From assembly GCA_025358455.1 (NCBI GenBank), contig JANYJP010000133.1, positions 10,852 to 74,851 on the forward strand: a stretch of DNA of 64,000 bases. The letters run 5' to 3'. Position numbers and translations under genes: made by a program. How positions within the stretch are numbered: position 1 is the stretch's first letter; each line of letters opens with the position of its first letter. Positions 9,372 to 18,949 of this stretch are shown in pieces. The DNA comes from Bacteroidales bacterium (GTDB lineage Bacteria; Bacteroidota; Bacteroidia; Bacteroidales; VadinHA17). The notes under the pieces are model-generated. The model searched no databases and was not told the DNA's origin. It was given only the letters and a program-made list of their open reading frames with translations.

Positions 9372-11705
9372 ATGCATATGAAACGCTTATTGATTTTTCT
9401 TATTCCATTAAGTTTTTCTCTTTTTTCAATAGCCCAGAAAGCTGATTTTAAAGCTGCTGAAAAATTCAGGGAAGATAACATTACAACAAAATATGGTGAT
9501 CTTGAAGTTGATGCAAACTGGATTGAAGGAAGCGATGTTTTCTGGTACTCATTTAAAACTTCAGGGGGAAGGAATTTTTATTATGTTAATGCTGCAACCA
9601 GATCAAAACAACAATTGTTCGATAGAAGATACATGGCTGCCGAATTGAATAAGATAACCCACCATCCCTACAATGAACTGGATTTACCTGTTAAGGATAT
9701 TAAGTTCGAAAAGAAAAGTACTACCAGGTTTACTTTTGTTGTAGAATCCGTCAGGTTTAATTTCGATATATCAAATCAGAAGCTGGTAATTACAGATACT
9801 GTTAAAAAGCCGAAGAGAAGGCAGGTATGGGCGAACTATTCTCCTGACAGCACCTGGATTGCTTTTTCCAAGAACTATAATCTGTTCCTGATGAAAGCAA
9901 AAGATAAAGACAGCACTGAGTATCAGCTCACTAACGATGGGGAGCGATATTATAGTTTCGGCGGTTATTATAATTCTAATGACACTGCCCTGAATAAAAG
10001 GGTCAGGGCAAACATCCACTGGTTCAAAAATTCGAAAAAAATCTATATAGTACGACAGGATATGAGGAAGGTTAAAGACCTGTATCTGGTGAATATTCTT
10101 GTGCAACCCAGGCCTAAACTAGAAACTTACAAATACGCCATGCCGGGAGAGGAGTTTGTGCCTCAGTCTGAACTTATAGTTTTTGATGTTGCTTCAAAAA
10201 AGAGGTTAAATATTGAACTTAAAAAATGGAAAGATCAAACAATAAATGTAGAATGGGCGTCACAGAAAAGTGCAGACAAGCTGATCCTCGTAAGAACTGA
10301 TCGTCCTTTGAAAAATCTGGATGTATGCAGGGTGAATACCGAAACAGGTGAGGTTACTGTATTATTCAGCGAACAGACATGGCCATATTTCAATAATGAT
10401 TATTCTAATATTTCTATCTTAAATGAGGGTAATGACATAATCTGGTGGTCAGAAAGAACAGGTTGGGGGCAGCTTTATCTTTACGATGGGAAAGGAACAC
10501 TGAAAAACCAGATTACAGACGGGTATTATGTTACAGGTAAGGTCGAACGGATTGATACAGCCGGAAGAGTGGTTTATTTTGAAGCTTTTGGGAAGGAACA
10601 GGGCGTACATCCCTACTACAGCATGAAATATAAAGCTTCAATTGATAAAGGAGGAGTGACCCTTCTAACTAAGGAGGCTGCGAACCATTCATTTTCAATG
10701 TCAAAGTCGAACAAATATTTTATTGATACTTATTCAACAGTTAATATGGCTCCTCTGGCCGTTCTCAGGGATAATAACGGGAACATAATTATGAATCTCG
10801 AGAAAGCTGATCTGTCACAATTGTTCAAGTCAGGCTGGAAAATGCCTGAGACGTTTGTAGGAAAAGCTATGGATGGAGTTACTGATCTGTTTGGAGTAAT
10901 GTACAAACCATTTGATTTTGATTCCACAAAGAGTTATCCTGTTATATCATGTGTTTATCCCGGGCCCCAGTATGAAAGAGTTCCTTATCAGTTTTCCGTT
11001 AGTAATGAAAAAAACGTGGCCCTTGCTCAAGTTGGATTTATAGTAGTCTGTTTCGGCCACCGGGGTGGTAGTCCGATGAGAAGCAGTTATTACCATACCT
11101 TTGGTTACAATAATCTTCGCGATTACGCACTGGCCGACGATAAATATGGAATTGAACAACTGGCTGACAAGTACAAATTCATCGATATAAATCGCGTTGG
11201 TATTTATGGCCGTTCAGGTGGAGGGTTCATGTCAACTGCTGCAATTTTTTCTTATCCCGGTTTCTATAAGGTTTCTGTATCTTCAGCCGGCAATCATGAT
11301 AATAATATCTATAACCAATGGTGGGGCGAGACCCATAATGGCGTGACGCAGATTGAAAAGAAAGTATCCGGTAAAAGCGAGTCAACGGACAGTCTTAATA
11401 TAAAGCAAGAAGTCGTTGTGTCTTTCAAAAGTGAGATTGCGAAAAACCAGGACATTGCGAAAAACCTTAAAGGGCATCTTCTTCTTATCCATGGCGATAT
11501 GGATAATAATGTACACCCCGGAAATACTCTCAGAGTGGTTGACGAACTCATTAAAGCAAACAAACGTTTTGACTTAATGATTGTACCCGGACAGGGCCAT
11601 ACCTATGGAGAGGATACGCCATATCTTGACAGGATGATGTGGTATTATTTTGCTGAACATCTGCTTGGTGATTACAGAACTAATGTTGATCAGCTTGATT
11701 TTTAA
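9372..11705 (+). CDS. S9-family serine peptidase, dipeptidyl-peptidase IV-like
   Basis: N-terminal beta-propeller-like region and a C-terminal alpha/beta hydrolase. The hydrolase has the nucleophile elbow GRSGGGF, Asp in HGDMDNNVH and His in GQGH. A signal peptide is present. Confidence 0.85.
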   Translation: MHMKRLLIFLIPLSFSLFSIAQKADFKAAEKFREDNITTKYGDLEVDANWIEGSDVFWYSFKTSGGRNFYYVNAATRSKQQLFDRRYMAAELNKITHHPYNELDLPVKDIKFEKKSTTRFTFVVESVRFNFDISNQKLVITDTVKKPKRRQVWANYSPDSTWIAFSKNYNLFLMKAKDKDSTEYQLTNDGERYYSFGGYYNSNDTALNKRVRANIHWFKNSKKIYIVRQDMRKVKDLYLVNILVQPRPKLETYKYAMPGEEFVPQSELIVFDVASKKRLNIELKKWKDQTINVEWASQKSADKLILVRTDRPLKNLDVCRVNTETGEVTVLFSEQTWPYFNNDYSNISILNEGNDIIWWSERTGWGQLYLYDGKGTLKNQITDGYYVTGKVERIDTAGRVVYFEAFGKEQGVHPYYSMKYKASIDKGGVTLLTKEAANHSFSMSKSNKYFIDTYSTVNMAPLAVLRDNNGNIIMNLEKADLSQLFKSGWKMPETFVGKAMDGVTDLFGVMYKPFDFDSTKSYPVISCVYPGPQYERVPYQFSVSNEKNVALAQVGFIVVCFGHRGGSPMRSSYYHTFGYNNLRDYALADDKYGIEQLADKYKFIDINRVGIYGRSGGGFMSTAAIFSYPGFYKVSVSSAGNHDNNIYNQWWGETHNGVTQIEKKVSGKSESTDSLNIKQEVVVSFKSEIAKNQDIAKNLKGHLLLIHGDMDNNVHPGNTLRVVDELIKANKRFDLMIVPGQGHTYGEDTPYLDRMMWYYFAEHLLGDYRTNVDQLDF

Positions 11706-11742
11706 TAAAATAATCTATCTAACTAATATTAAATTCCAAAAA

Positions 11743-12261
11743 ATGAAAACAATTAATATTCCTAAAGCATTCATAATGTTTATTCTGATTATCTCATTCA
11801 CAATCGTTAATGCACAGGAAACAAAGAAACTTTATGACCCTTCTCTGGACGGCATGAAACAGATTAAAGATGCAGTTTCTCTTGCTGCAAAAGAAGGAAA
11901 ACATGTGTTGATTCAGTATGGTGGCAATTGGTGCAGCTGGTGCATAAAGTTTGATGCGTTCTGTAAATCAGACACTTCAATCACCAGGATTATTGCAGCA
12001 AACTATATTCCAGTTAAACTAAACTATGATCCGGCTAATAAAAACGATGCAGCAAATTCATACCTGGGCAATCCTTCAAGATTCGGATTTCCTGTTTTCA
12101 TCATTGTGGATGGCAAAGGAAATGTAATGCACATTCAGGATAGTAGTTTGCTGGAAGAAAACGCCGGTTACAGTAAACAAAAAGTTACTGGATTCTTCAG
12201 CCAGTGGACACCAGCCGCAATAAAACCTAAAGTCTCAAAACCTCTTCCTGCTAAAATATAG
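11743..12261 (+). CDS. secreted thioredoxin-fold protein
   Basis: The internal ATG at 11743 gives a signal peptide (MKTINIPKAFIMFILIISFTIVNAQ). There is a CxxC redox motif (WCSWC). The track start at 11650 would overlap the peptidase gene. Confidence 0.7.
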   Translation: MKTINIPKAFIMFILIISFTIVNAQETKKLYDPSLDGMKQIKDAVSLAAKEGKHVLIQYGGNWCSWCIKFDAFCKSDTSITRIIAANYIPVKLNYDPANKNDAANSYLGNPSRFGFPVFIIVDGKGNVMHIQDSSLLEENAGYSKQKVTGFFSQWTPAAIKPKVSKPLPAKI

Positions 12262-12467
12262 AAGACGGCAAAAAACAACCTTCATGAGGCCATCTCAATT
12301 CTTAAGGAACTTGATATTCACACTATCAGCGTATTATCAGAAAACGAAACATTATGGCGCCAGGCACACAAATTCCTGTTCGAAATGATTGAAAAGACAC
12401 CTTATGATCAGTCTATTGTCGTAGCTACGGCTAATGCGATTGAGAATCGTTATAAATAGATAACACA

Positions 12468-12500
12468 AAGAGGCTGCACCTATAAATGGCACAGCCTCTT
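12468..12500. terminator. hairpin between convergent genes
   Basis: A 9-bp stem, aagaggctg / cagcctctt, with a 15-nt loop, located upstream of the ssb stop codon region. Confidence 0.45.
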
Positions 12501-12538
12501 GTGATTGAAAATTTAGAGAATGATTTCCAACCGGCTTG

Positions 12539-12910
12539 TTACTCCTCTTTTTCCGGATCTTCTTTAACCTGATCCTTTGCTGATCTGAGAAGGATCAGAT
12601 CATTCAATACAATCTCGGTAATGTATTTAGTTACCCCGGCTTTATCTTCATAAGTCCGGTAAACGATCCTTCCTTCAACAGCTACTTCCTTGCCTTTTTT
12701 CAGATATTTTCCGGCAATCTCAGCAATACCGTTCCATGCTACAATATTGTGCCATGTGGTTTCGCTTACCTTTTGTCCATCGGCATTTTTGTAACCGTCT
12801 TTGGTAGCAAGTGTGAAATGGGTAAATTTTTTACCAGTTTCAGTTGTTTTCGTTTCTGGATCCTGACCAAGATTTCCGATCAGAGTGACTCTGTTTTTTA
12901 ATGAGTTCAT
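12539..12910 (-). CDS. ssb: single-stranded DNA-binding protein
   Basis: OB-fold N-terminus NRVTLIGNLGQDPE, the W..I..W pattern (TTWHNIVAWN) and an acidic tail. Confidence 0.85.
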   Translation of the reverse strand: MNSLKNRVTLIGNLGQDPETKTTETGKKFTHFTLATKDGYKNADGQKVSETTWHNIVAWNGIAEIAGKYLKKGKEVAVEGRIVYRTYEDKAGVTKYITEIVLNDLILLRSAKDQVKEDPEKEE

Positions 12911-13023
12911 GATTTCTAAATTTTAGTTTGACAAAAAATAATTTCTTAGCAAACTTAAGTTAGCCTCACGTACTGTTCCGGTTATTAATCATTTATACAC
13001 GTTTTGGAATCATTTATAATCGT

Positions 13024-13440
13024 TTGTATCCGTTTGAAAACGTTTTTTTATATCTTTATCAAAACATTAGTGCTGTGGAAAAGAAATGTCTCGATTGCGG
13101 CGACACCATACGTGGCCGAACCGATAAGAAATTCTGTTCTGATCAGTGCCGGAATAATTTCAACAACAAGATAAACCGTGATTCAAACAATTTTGTAAGA
13201 AATGTTCATGGATTGTTGAGAAAGAACAGAAGAATTCTTGCGGATCTTTATTCTGATGGTAAAGTAAAAGTACATAAAGATGCTCTTTTTGCCCTGGGCT
13301 ATAACTTTAGCTTCTTTACTCATATTATTGAAACATCAAAGGGTCATACCTATCATTATTGCTTTGAATATGGTTACTGCGAAACAGGTGATGATTTCCT
13401 GGAATTAAAGGAAAATAGCCAGTATATAGAATATCAATAA
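13024..13440 (+). CDS. zinc-ribbon-containing hypothetical protein
   Basis: CLDCG...CSDQC four-Cys motif. The true start is probably the internal GTG near 13075; the first ~17 codons look non-coding. Confidence 0.45.
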   Translation: MYPFENVFLYLYQNISAVEKKCLDCGDTIRGRTDKKFCSDQCRNNFNNKINRDSNNFVRNVHGLLRKNRRILADLYSDGKVKVHKDALFALGYNFSFFTHIIETSKGHTYHYCFEYGYCETGDDFLELKENSQYIEYQ

Positions 13441-13481
13441 TGTATCAGATAGGGAAGGTATGGCTTTTGTTTTTCTGACTT

Positions 13482-14024
13482 TCAGATAGCATCACCATTC
13501 TGAAGATATTCGCCTGGTTTATCACTGATTGGAACTACATATCCTCGGTATCTTACATTACTGATTTTAAGGCTATTAACAGATGCATTGCAGTTTCCGT
13601 CTTTCCCGATCGTAAGATATACATCAAATGATGCAGTTTTATTTGAGACCTTCATTTTTATCTCGTATTTCCCCTTTGACAGGTTTGAAGTCACTGCATA
13701 ATTCTCGGCTACTCCATGAATATTTATTCCTGCTATTGGTTTGAAATCGTATTGTCTTCCAAAATAGGCCGCTGCGATTATGGCCTTTTGTCCGTCAACA
13801 ATAATATAATTAGCTCTTGGAATCAGATCGATCATACCACGTGTCAGATAAATTCTGTCAAGTTTTATAATGAATCTTCTAGACTCAACAGCCTGCTTAA
13901 TCACTACCTGTTCAGCAAGTTTATTTTCTTTATTGAGTTCAGCTTTTGCTGTGCGTGCTTCTTTTGTAGAGGAACATGATGATAACAGGAGAACGCAAAA
14001 TCCAATTAATACTAACTTTTTCAT
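13482..14024 (-). CDS. lipoprotein of unknown function (possibly DUF4251-like)
   Basis: Lipoprotein signal peptide with lipobox (LLLSSCSS). The family assignment is from memory only. Confidence 0.5.
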   Translation of the reverse strand: MKKLVLIGFCVLLLSSCSSTKEARTAKAELNKENKLAEQVVIKQAVESRRFIIKLDRIYLTRGMIDLIPRANYIIVDGQKAIIAAAYFGRQYDFKPIAGINIHGVAENYAVTSNLSKGKYEIKMKVSNKTASFDVYLTIGKDGNCNASVNSLKISNVRYRGYVVPISDKPGEYLQNGDAI

Positions 14025-14197
14025 GGCAGTATATTTTACCTGTTATATTCAAATATCATGCCATACTTCTCCACTATGAATGATGCTTCCGGCCCTTTAT
14101 TTCTATATTTAAAGGCCGTGCATTATTCACGTTCAAATCATCTTAGTTTCATACTATGGATTTCGAACCCCTGATATTAAATTTCAGATTTTGCTTA

Positions 14198-15085
14198 CTA
14201 TTTCAGGAACGGAAAGTAGTAACTCATATTCTCTTTCGTTAGAGCTGCGCCATACCCGGAATCCTCAAATGCTTCACAATATTTTATTTTTGATCCTCTT
14301 ACTTCTCCGTAAAGCTCTATCAGTTTACCGCGATAGGGATCAGCATTAGAATCATCTTTTCTTGTTTTCCCAAGCCAGGCTCTGCGATCAGAATCAGCTG
14401 CCGGAACCTGATCAAGAATCCCCTGGTTAAAGGGAAGCCACTCATACATCTGAGATTTATGCTGATGATACATATCCATCTTCTTTTCAATTGCATCATC
14501 AATATCGATGCATACATCTGCCTTAAAAGCTTCCGGATGAATAAACTCATCGCTCATAAACAGAAACATAGGATTCTTTTTCAGAAAAGGAACCTCGGGT
14601 AGTATTGTCGGTACAGTAACCATGTAGGCTGCATCGAGGACCAAAACACCCGTATACCTGTGATCGGGATGATAATCGTAGGGCCGGGGAAATATAACAA
14701 TATCAGCTTTTTGCTCCCTTATAAGTTTTATAACCTGCAACCGGTTCTCATATGTTGGCATCAGCTGTCCGTCATGATTATCCAAAGTAATATATCTGAC
14801 TCCAATTACTTCCCCGGCATTCCTGGCTTCTTCACGACGTATTTTTGCCAGCTCTGCAGCTTTAATACTCTGATGGCCGGCATCGCCATTAGTAAGAGAA
14901 ACCATTAACACGTCGTAGCCCAGCTGGGCCCATTTATATGCAGTTCCTCCTACTTTATCAGGATCATCAGGATGAGCGCCGATAATAATAATGTGCAGTT
15001 TCTGTGCCTGCTTGTTCTGGGCCTGTAAAACAGGGAAAATAGCCAGCATTAAAACGATCTGAAACAGAGAAATTAGTGATTTCAT
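14198..15085 (-). CDS. PIG-L / LmbE family deacetylase
   Basis: GAHPDDPD and HPDH zinc-binding motifs, plus a signal peptide. Confidence 0.75.
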   Translation of the reverse strand: MKSLISLFQIVLMLAIFPVLQAQNKQAQKLHIIIIGAHPDDPDKVGGTAYKWAQLGYDVLMVSLTNGDAGHQSIKAAELAKIRREEARNAGEVIGVRYITLDNHDGQLMPTYENRLQVIKLIREQKADIVIFPRPYDYHPDHRYTGVLVLDAAYMVTVPTILPEVPFLKKNPMFLFMSDEFIHPEAFKADVCIDIDDAIEKKMDMYHQHKSQMYEWLPFNQGILDQVPAADSDRRAWLGKTRKDDSNADPYRGKLIELYGEVRGSKIKYCEAFEDSGYGAALTKENMSYYFPFLK

Positions 15086-15416
15086 ATTATAGATTTTATA
15101 TATATTCCAAAGTTAGGAAAATGGAACTCAGAAAATAAACTGTACTTGATTTATTTTATTTCCCCATTTGCAGTACAGGGAAGATCATTTTTCCTGCCGG
15201 CCTTTATGACCCCGTTAGAATTTGACAAAATGAAGAGGATGAGTTTTGCTGAGCTGAATATAAAATAAATGAACTTTTCTTGCGTTCAATAAATAAAGGA
15301 TGATAAAAAAAAGATGCAGAACCGAAACCTTTTCTCAATTTAAAACGTTATATATTTTTTGTGGTCATTTTAACAATTGATTTCAACATGTTCAAGAAAA
15401 CTTAATACCGAAGATT

Positions 15417-16061
15417 ATGAAAAAACTATTAGCAATTTTAGTGGTAGTACTTATTACTGTTCCTGCCATGTCGCAACTTAAATTTGGAATTAAGGGAGGT
15501 GTAAGTACAACCTCGCTGACGATGAATGATGTTAAAACGGTTACTTCAGGGTCCACAACATACACAGTTGATGCAATTTCAACGGCAAAATATGGTTTCC
15601 ATGGAGGTGCATTTGTCAGACTCAGCCTATTTGGTGTTTATATTCAACCTGAACTATTATTCACAACGCGAACCAATGAATATACTGTTACTGATATAAC
15701 AAATCAGGCCAAACCTGTACCATATGTTGCTAAACAGAATTTTAATAAACTCGATATCCCGGTTATGGTTGGATTGAAACTTGGTCCGCTTCGTCTGAAT
15801 GCCGGTCCTGTTGCGTCTATGCTTATCAATTCTCCCAAGTCTATTATAATAAATCCGGATTATAAAAATAATTATAAGAAAATGACAATTGGCTACCAGG
15901 CAGGTATTGGTATTGACCTTTTAAATACTCTTACTTTTGATCTTAGATACGAAGGTAGCCTTAAAAAGTACCAGAACCAGATCCAGAATACAACAGGAAA
16001 GAAATTTAACCTTGATGACCGTCCAAATGCCTTCCTTTTAAGCATTGGTCTTATGTTCTAA
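15417..16061 (+). CDS. small outer-membrane beta-barrel protein
   Basis: Signal peptide, alternating strands and a terminal ...LSIGLMF aromatic residue. Confidence 0.65.
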   Translation: MKKLLAILVVVLITVPAMSQLKFGIKGGVSTTSLTMNDVKTVTSGSTTYTVDAISTAKYGFHGGAFVRLSLFGVYIQPELLFTTRTNEYTVTDITNQAKPVPYVAKQNFNKLDIPVMVGLKLGPLRLNAGPVASMLINSPKSIIINPDYKNNYKKMTIGYQAGIGIDLLNTLTFDLRYEGSLKKYQNQIQNTTGKKFNLDDRPNAFLLSIGLMF

Positions 16062-16111
16062 AATTAATTATTAAAAATATTTTTCCGGGGCATGCTTTGG
16101 CATGTCCCTTT

Positions 16112-16486
16112 TTATTTTGAAAACAGCATTTTTGCAGCTACCAGAAGCAACAGTACTCCGAAAATTTTCTTAAGAAGAGCTTGAGGAATAGTCAATGACA
16201 ATTTTGATCCAAAATATGACCCAATAAGGAAACATATTGCAAGGATTATCGCAAATCTGATGTTTACCTCTCCGGCTTTATAATAGTTGTATGCGGCAAT
16301 GATGCCTATCGGAGGAAGCATTACTGCAAGACTGGTACCCTGTGCTGTCAGCTGACTAACTCCAAGAAGATACACAAGAGCCGGAATCATTATTATAGCT
16401 CCTCCAATTCCAAGCATACCTGCCATTACCCCGGTTATGATCCCTATTACTATAAGAATCAGTATCATTGATGTTGCCATTTTCAT
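16112..16486 (-). CDS. TauE/SafE (TSUP) family membrane protein, half-size
   Basis: Four predicted TM helices with G-rich motifs (GMLGIGGAIIMIPALVYL). Confidence 0.65.
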   Translation of the reverse strand: MKMATSMILILIVIGIITGVMAGMLGIGGAIIMIPALVYLLGVSQLTAQGTSLAVMLPPIGIIAAYNYYKAGEVNIRFAIILAICFLIGSYFGSKLSLTIPQALLKKIFGVLLLLVAAKMLFSK

Positions 16487-16638
16487 AAGGAATTAATTTA
16501 AAATCAACAGGAACAAATTTATGATTAAATTGGAAATAATTGAAAAAGATTAATAATTATTGGCAGCAATAAATGATGCCTGAACTAATTGTTTTGCGCT
16601 ATCAACAAGATTAGTAAATTTGCAGACATTGAAAGACA

Positions 16639-17670
16639 ATGAAGAAAAAGCTCATTATATATAGTTTGTCGGGTATCGGGGTTGTGATACTGATCATTGT
16701 GGTACTGATCTATAGAAGTTTATTTGCTTTAAATATCAGGGTGCAGAAAAATAGTAAGGTTATTTTAATTCCAACAGGTTCATCCTATGATCAGGTACTC
16801 GTGACACTTAATTCAACCCTTAATATCAAGGATCCCGGAGTTCTTGACTGGGTGGCAAGGGAAAAGAATTATCCTGCCTTAATAAAGCCCGGAAGGTATG
16901 TGATCAGTTCTGACATGAGTTATGTTAATCTGATTAATCTTTTGAGATCAGGCAGTCAAAAACCGGTGAAAATTACTTTTAATAATGTCCGCACAATTAA
17001 CCAACTGGCCGGAAAGATCGGAGATCAGATTGAAGCTGATTCTGTCAGTCTTCTGAATTTTTTGTCCGATGAATCCAATTTTAAGCCTGACGGATTTAAA
17101 AAAGAGGATATTATCTCCATATTTATTCCAAATACCTATGAATTGTACTGGAACACTAATGCAAAAGGTCTTTTTACAAGAATGTTAAAGGAATACAACA
17201 TGTTCTGGAATAAACAGCGCATTGAAAAAGCTAAAGAGAAGGGACTCAATCCGAAAGAGGTTGCTATACTGGCATCTATTATTGATGACGAAGTTGCAAA
17301 GCCTGACGAAAAGCCTCGGATTGCCGGGGTCTACCTTAACAGGTTAAAGAGAGGAATCCCACTTCAGTCTTGTCCGACTATAAAATTTGCTTTAAATGAT
17401 TTTACAATTACCAGGGTGTTAAAAAAATACCTTCTTGTAGATTCTCCTTACAACACTTATAAACATAATGGTTTTCCTCCGGGACCAATAGGCTGCCCGT
17501 CTGTTGACGGCCTTGAAGCAGTTTTAAATGCTGAAAAGCATGATTACCTTTTTTTTGCTGCCAAAGCTGATTTTTCAGGATATCATAACTTTTCAAGAAC
17601 TCTGGCCGAGCATAACAGGTATGCTTTATTATATCAGAAAGAACTTGATAAGAGGAAGATATTCAGATAG
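16639..17670 (+). CDS. mltG: endolytic murein transglycosylase MltG (YceG-like)
   Basis: N-terminal TM helix and the YceG signature ...SPYNTYKHNGFPPGPIGCP... Confidence 0.85.
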   Translation: MKKKLIIYSLSGIGVVILIIVVLIYRSLFALNIRVQKNSKVILIPTGSSYDQVLVTLNSTLNIKDPGVLDWVAREKNYPALIKPGRYVISSDMSYVNLINLLRSGSQKPVKITFNNVRTINQLAGKIGDQIEADSVSLLNFLSDESNFKPDGFKKEDIISIFIPNTYELYWNTNAKGLFTRMLKEYNMFWNKQRIEKAKEKGLNPKEVAILASIIDDEVAKPDEKPRIAGVYLNRLKRGIPLQSCPTIKFALNDFTITRVLKKYLLVDSPYNTYKHNGFPPGPIGCPSVDGLEAVLNAEKHDYLFFAAKADFSGYHNFSRTLAEHNRYALLYQKELDKRKIFR

Positions 17671-18688
17671 TACCAATTACTTCTACCTCACGTTCAAGTT
17701 CCACCCCGAACTTCTCATTAACTGATTTTTGTATCGCCTGCGAAAGTTCGTAAATCTCTTTTCCGGTAGCTTTTCCATAATTAATGAGGACTAATGCCTG
17801 TTTATCGTGGACTCCGGCATCTCCTATTCTTTTCCCTTTCCAGCCACACTGATCTATAAGCCACCCTGCTGCCAGCTTCGTTAATCCGGACTGATCTTCA
17901 AACAATGGCATTAAAATATACTCTTTTTTAAGAGTGTCGGCCATGGAACGGGATACAACAGGGTTCTTAAAAAAGCTTCCTGCATTACCAATTATTTGGG
18001 GATCTGGTAATTTATTTCTTCTGATATTAATAACTGCCTGTCTGACATTCTTCAAACTTTCACTTCCCAGTCTGCTGACTTCTTCTTTCAAAGATCCATA
18101 GGCTAGATTGAGCAAAGGCTTTTTGATGAGCTTGTAGTAAACCCTTGTAACCAGATAATGACCCTTTTCTTCTTTTTTGAAGATACTGTTACGATAACCA
18201 AATTTACATTCTGAATTTTGGAATATTCGTACCGTTCCATCGCTGATACGGATAGTTTTAACTTTTTCTATGAAATCTTTTACCTCCGTCCCATAAGCGC
18301 CAATATTCTGAACAGGACTGGCGCCGACTGTACCTGGTATCAGCGAGAGGTTTTCTAACCCGGAATAACCATTCTCAACTGTCCATTCGACCAGTTTGTC
18401 CCATATCACTCCGGCCCCGGCTGAAATTATTACGCTTTCTTTGTTCTGTTTCTGCTCTTCAATTTTAATTCCTTCCAGTTCATGATAGAGTATTGTCCCT
18501 TTGAAATCGTCGATAAAAAGAATATTACTTCCACTCCCTAAAATCAGAAGAGGTTTTTTCCAATCAGCAGATCCATTGAAAAGAGAAGAAGCTTCCTTTT
18601 CAGTCTTAATATGAATCAGACATTCAGCCGTGTAATTAAGACCGAAAGTATTATACTTCTTCAACGGGATATTTTTATAAATCTTCAT
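17663..18688 (-). CDS. murB: UDP-N-acetylenolpyruvoylglucosamine reductase
   Basis: FAD-binding GSGSNILF motif and the C-terminal NAGSFFKNP motif. Full length (341 aa). Confidence 0.9.
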   Translation of the reverse strand: MKIYKNIPLKKYNTFGLNYTAECLIHIKTEKEASSLFNGSADWKKPLLILGSGSNILFIDDFKGTILYHELEGIKIEEQKQNKESVIISAGAGVIWDKLVEWTVENGYSGLENLSLIPGTVGASPVQNIGAYGTEVKDFIEKVKTIRISDGTVRIFQNSECKFGYRNSIFKKEEKGHYLVTRVYYKLIKKPLLNLAYGSLKEEVSRLGSESLKNVRQAVINIRRNKLPDPQIIGNAGSFFKNPVVSRSMADTLKKEYILMPLFEDQSGLTKLAAGWLIDQCGWKGKRIGDAGVHDKQALVLINYGKATGKEIYELSQAIQKSVNEKFGVELEREVEVIGTI

Positions 18689-18786
18689 CCTGGTATTTTA
18701 TGTAAAAATAATTTAATTTACCTTTCAATGAAAATCAGATGGAGATGTACCTTAAATCCCGTGAAGAATGGCATGAATGGCTTGAA

Positions 18787-18830
18787 GATATTCCTCGCTG
18801 GCGATCGGAATGACAATGCCCTTGAGGAGC
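18787..18830. repeat. solo copy of dispersed GC-rich repeat unit
   Basis: gatattcctcgctggcgatcggaatgacaatgcccttgaggagc closely matches 35411-35459 (gggagatccttcgctgacgctcaggatgacaatgcccttgatgatcaca). Confidence 0.7.
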
Positions 18831-18949
18831 CTTTAATAATTTTATCAACTCCTGGTTCATAATTATTATTGTTTACCAATACTCAATTGAATAAAATACT
18901 AATTTGCGGATAAATAAATTTATTGAAATAACCTGAAAATATTTTTATC

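Noticed and set aside
11650-11742. The upstream extension of the thioredoxin-fold ORF, with similar 5' extensions at 58768-58965, 41797-42486, 35789-37537 and 55273-55302.
   Set aside because: These extensions overlap upstream genes or lack signal-peptide logic. In each case an internal ATG gives a canonical N-terminus.
14158-14172. A tRNA-like T-arm (ggatttcgaacccc).
   Set aside because: The flanking sequence cannot form a T-stem, acceptor stem or anticodon arm, so this is not a tRNA.
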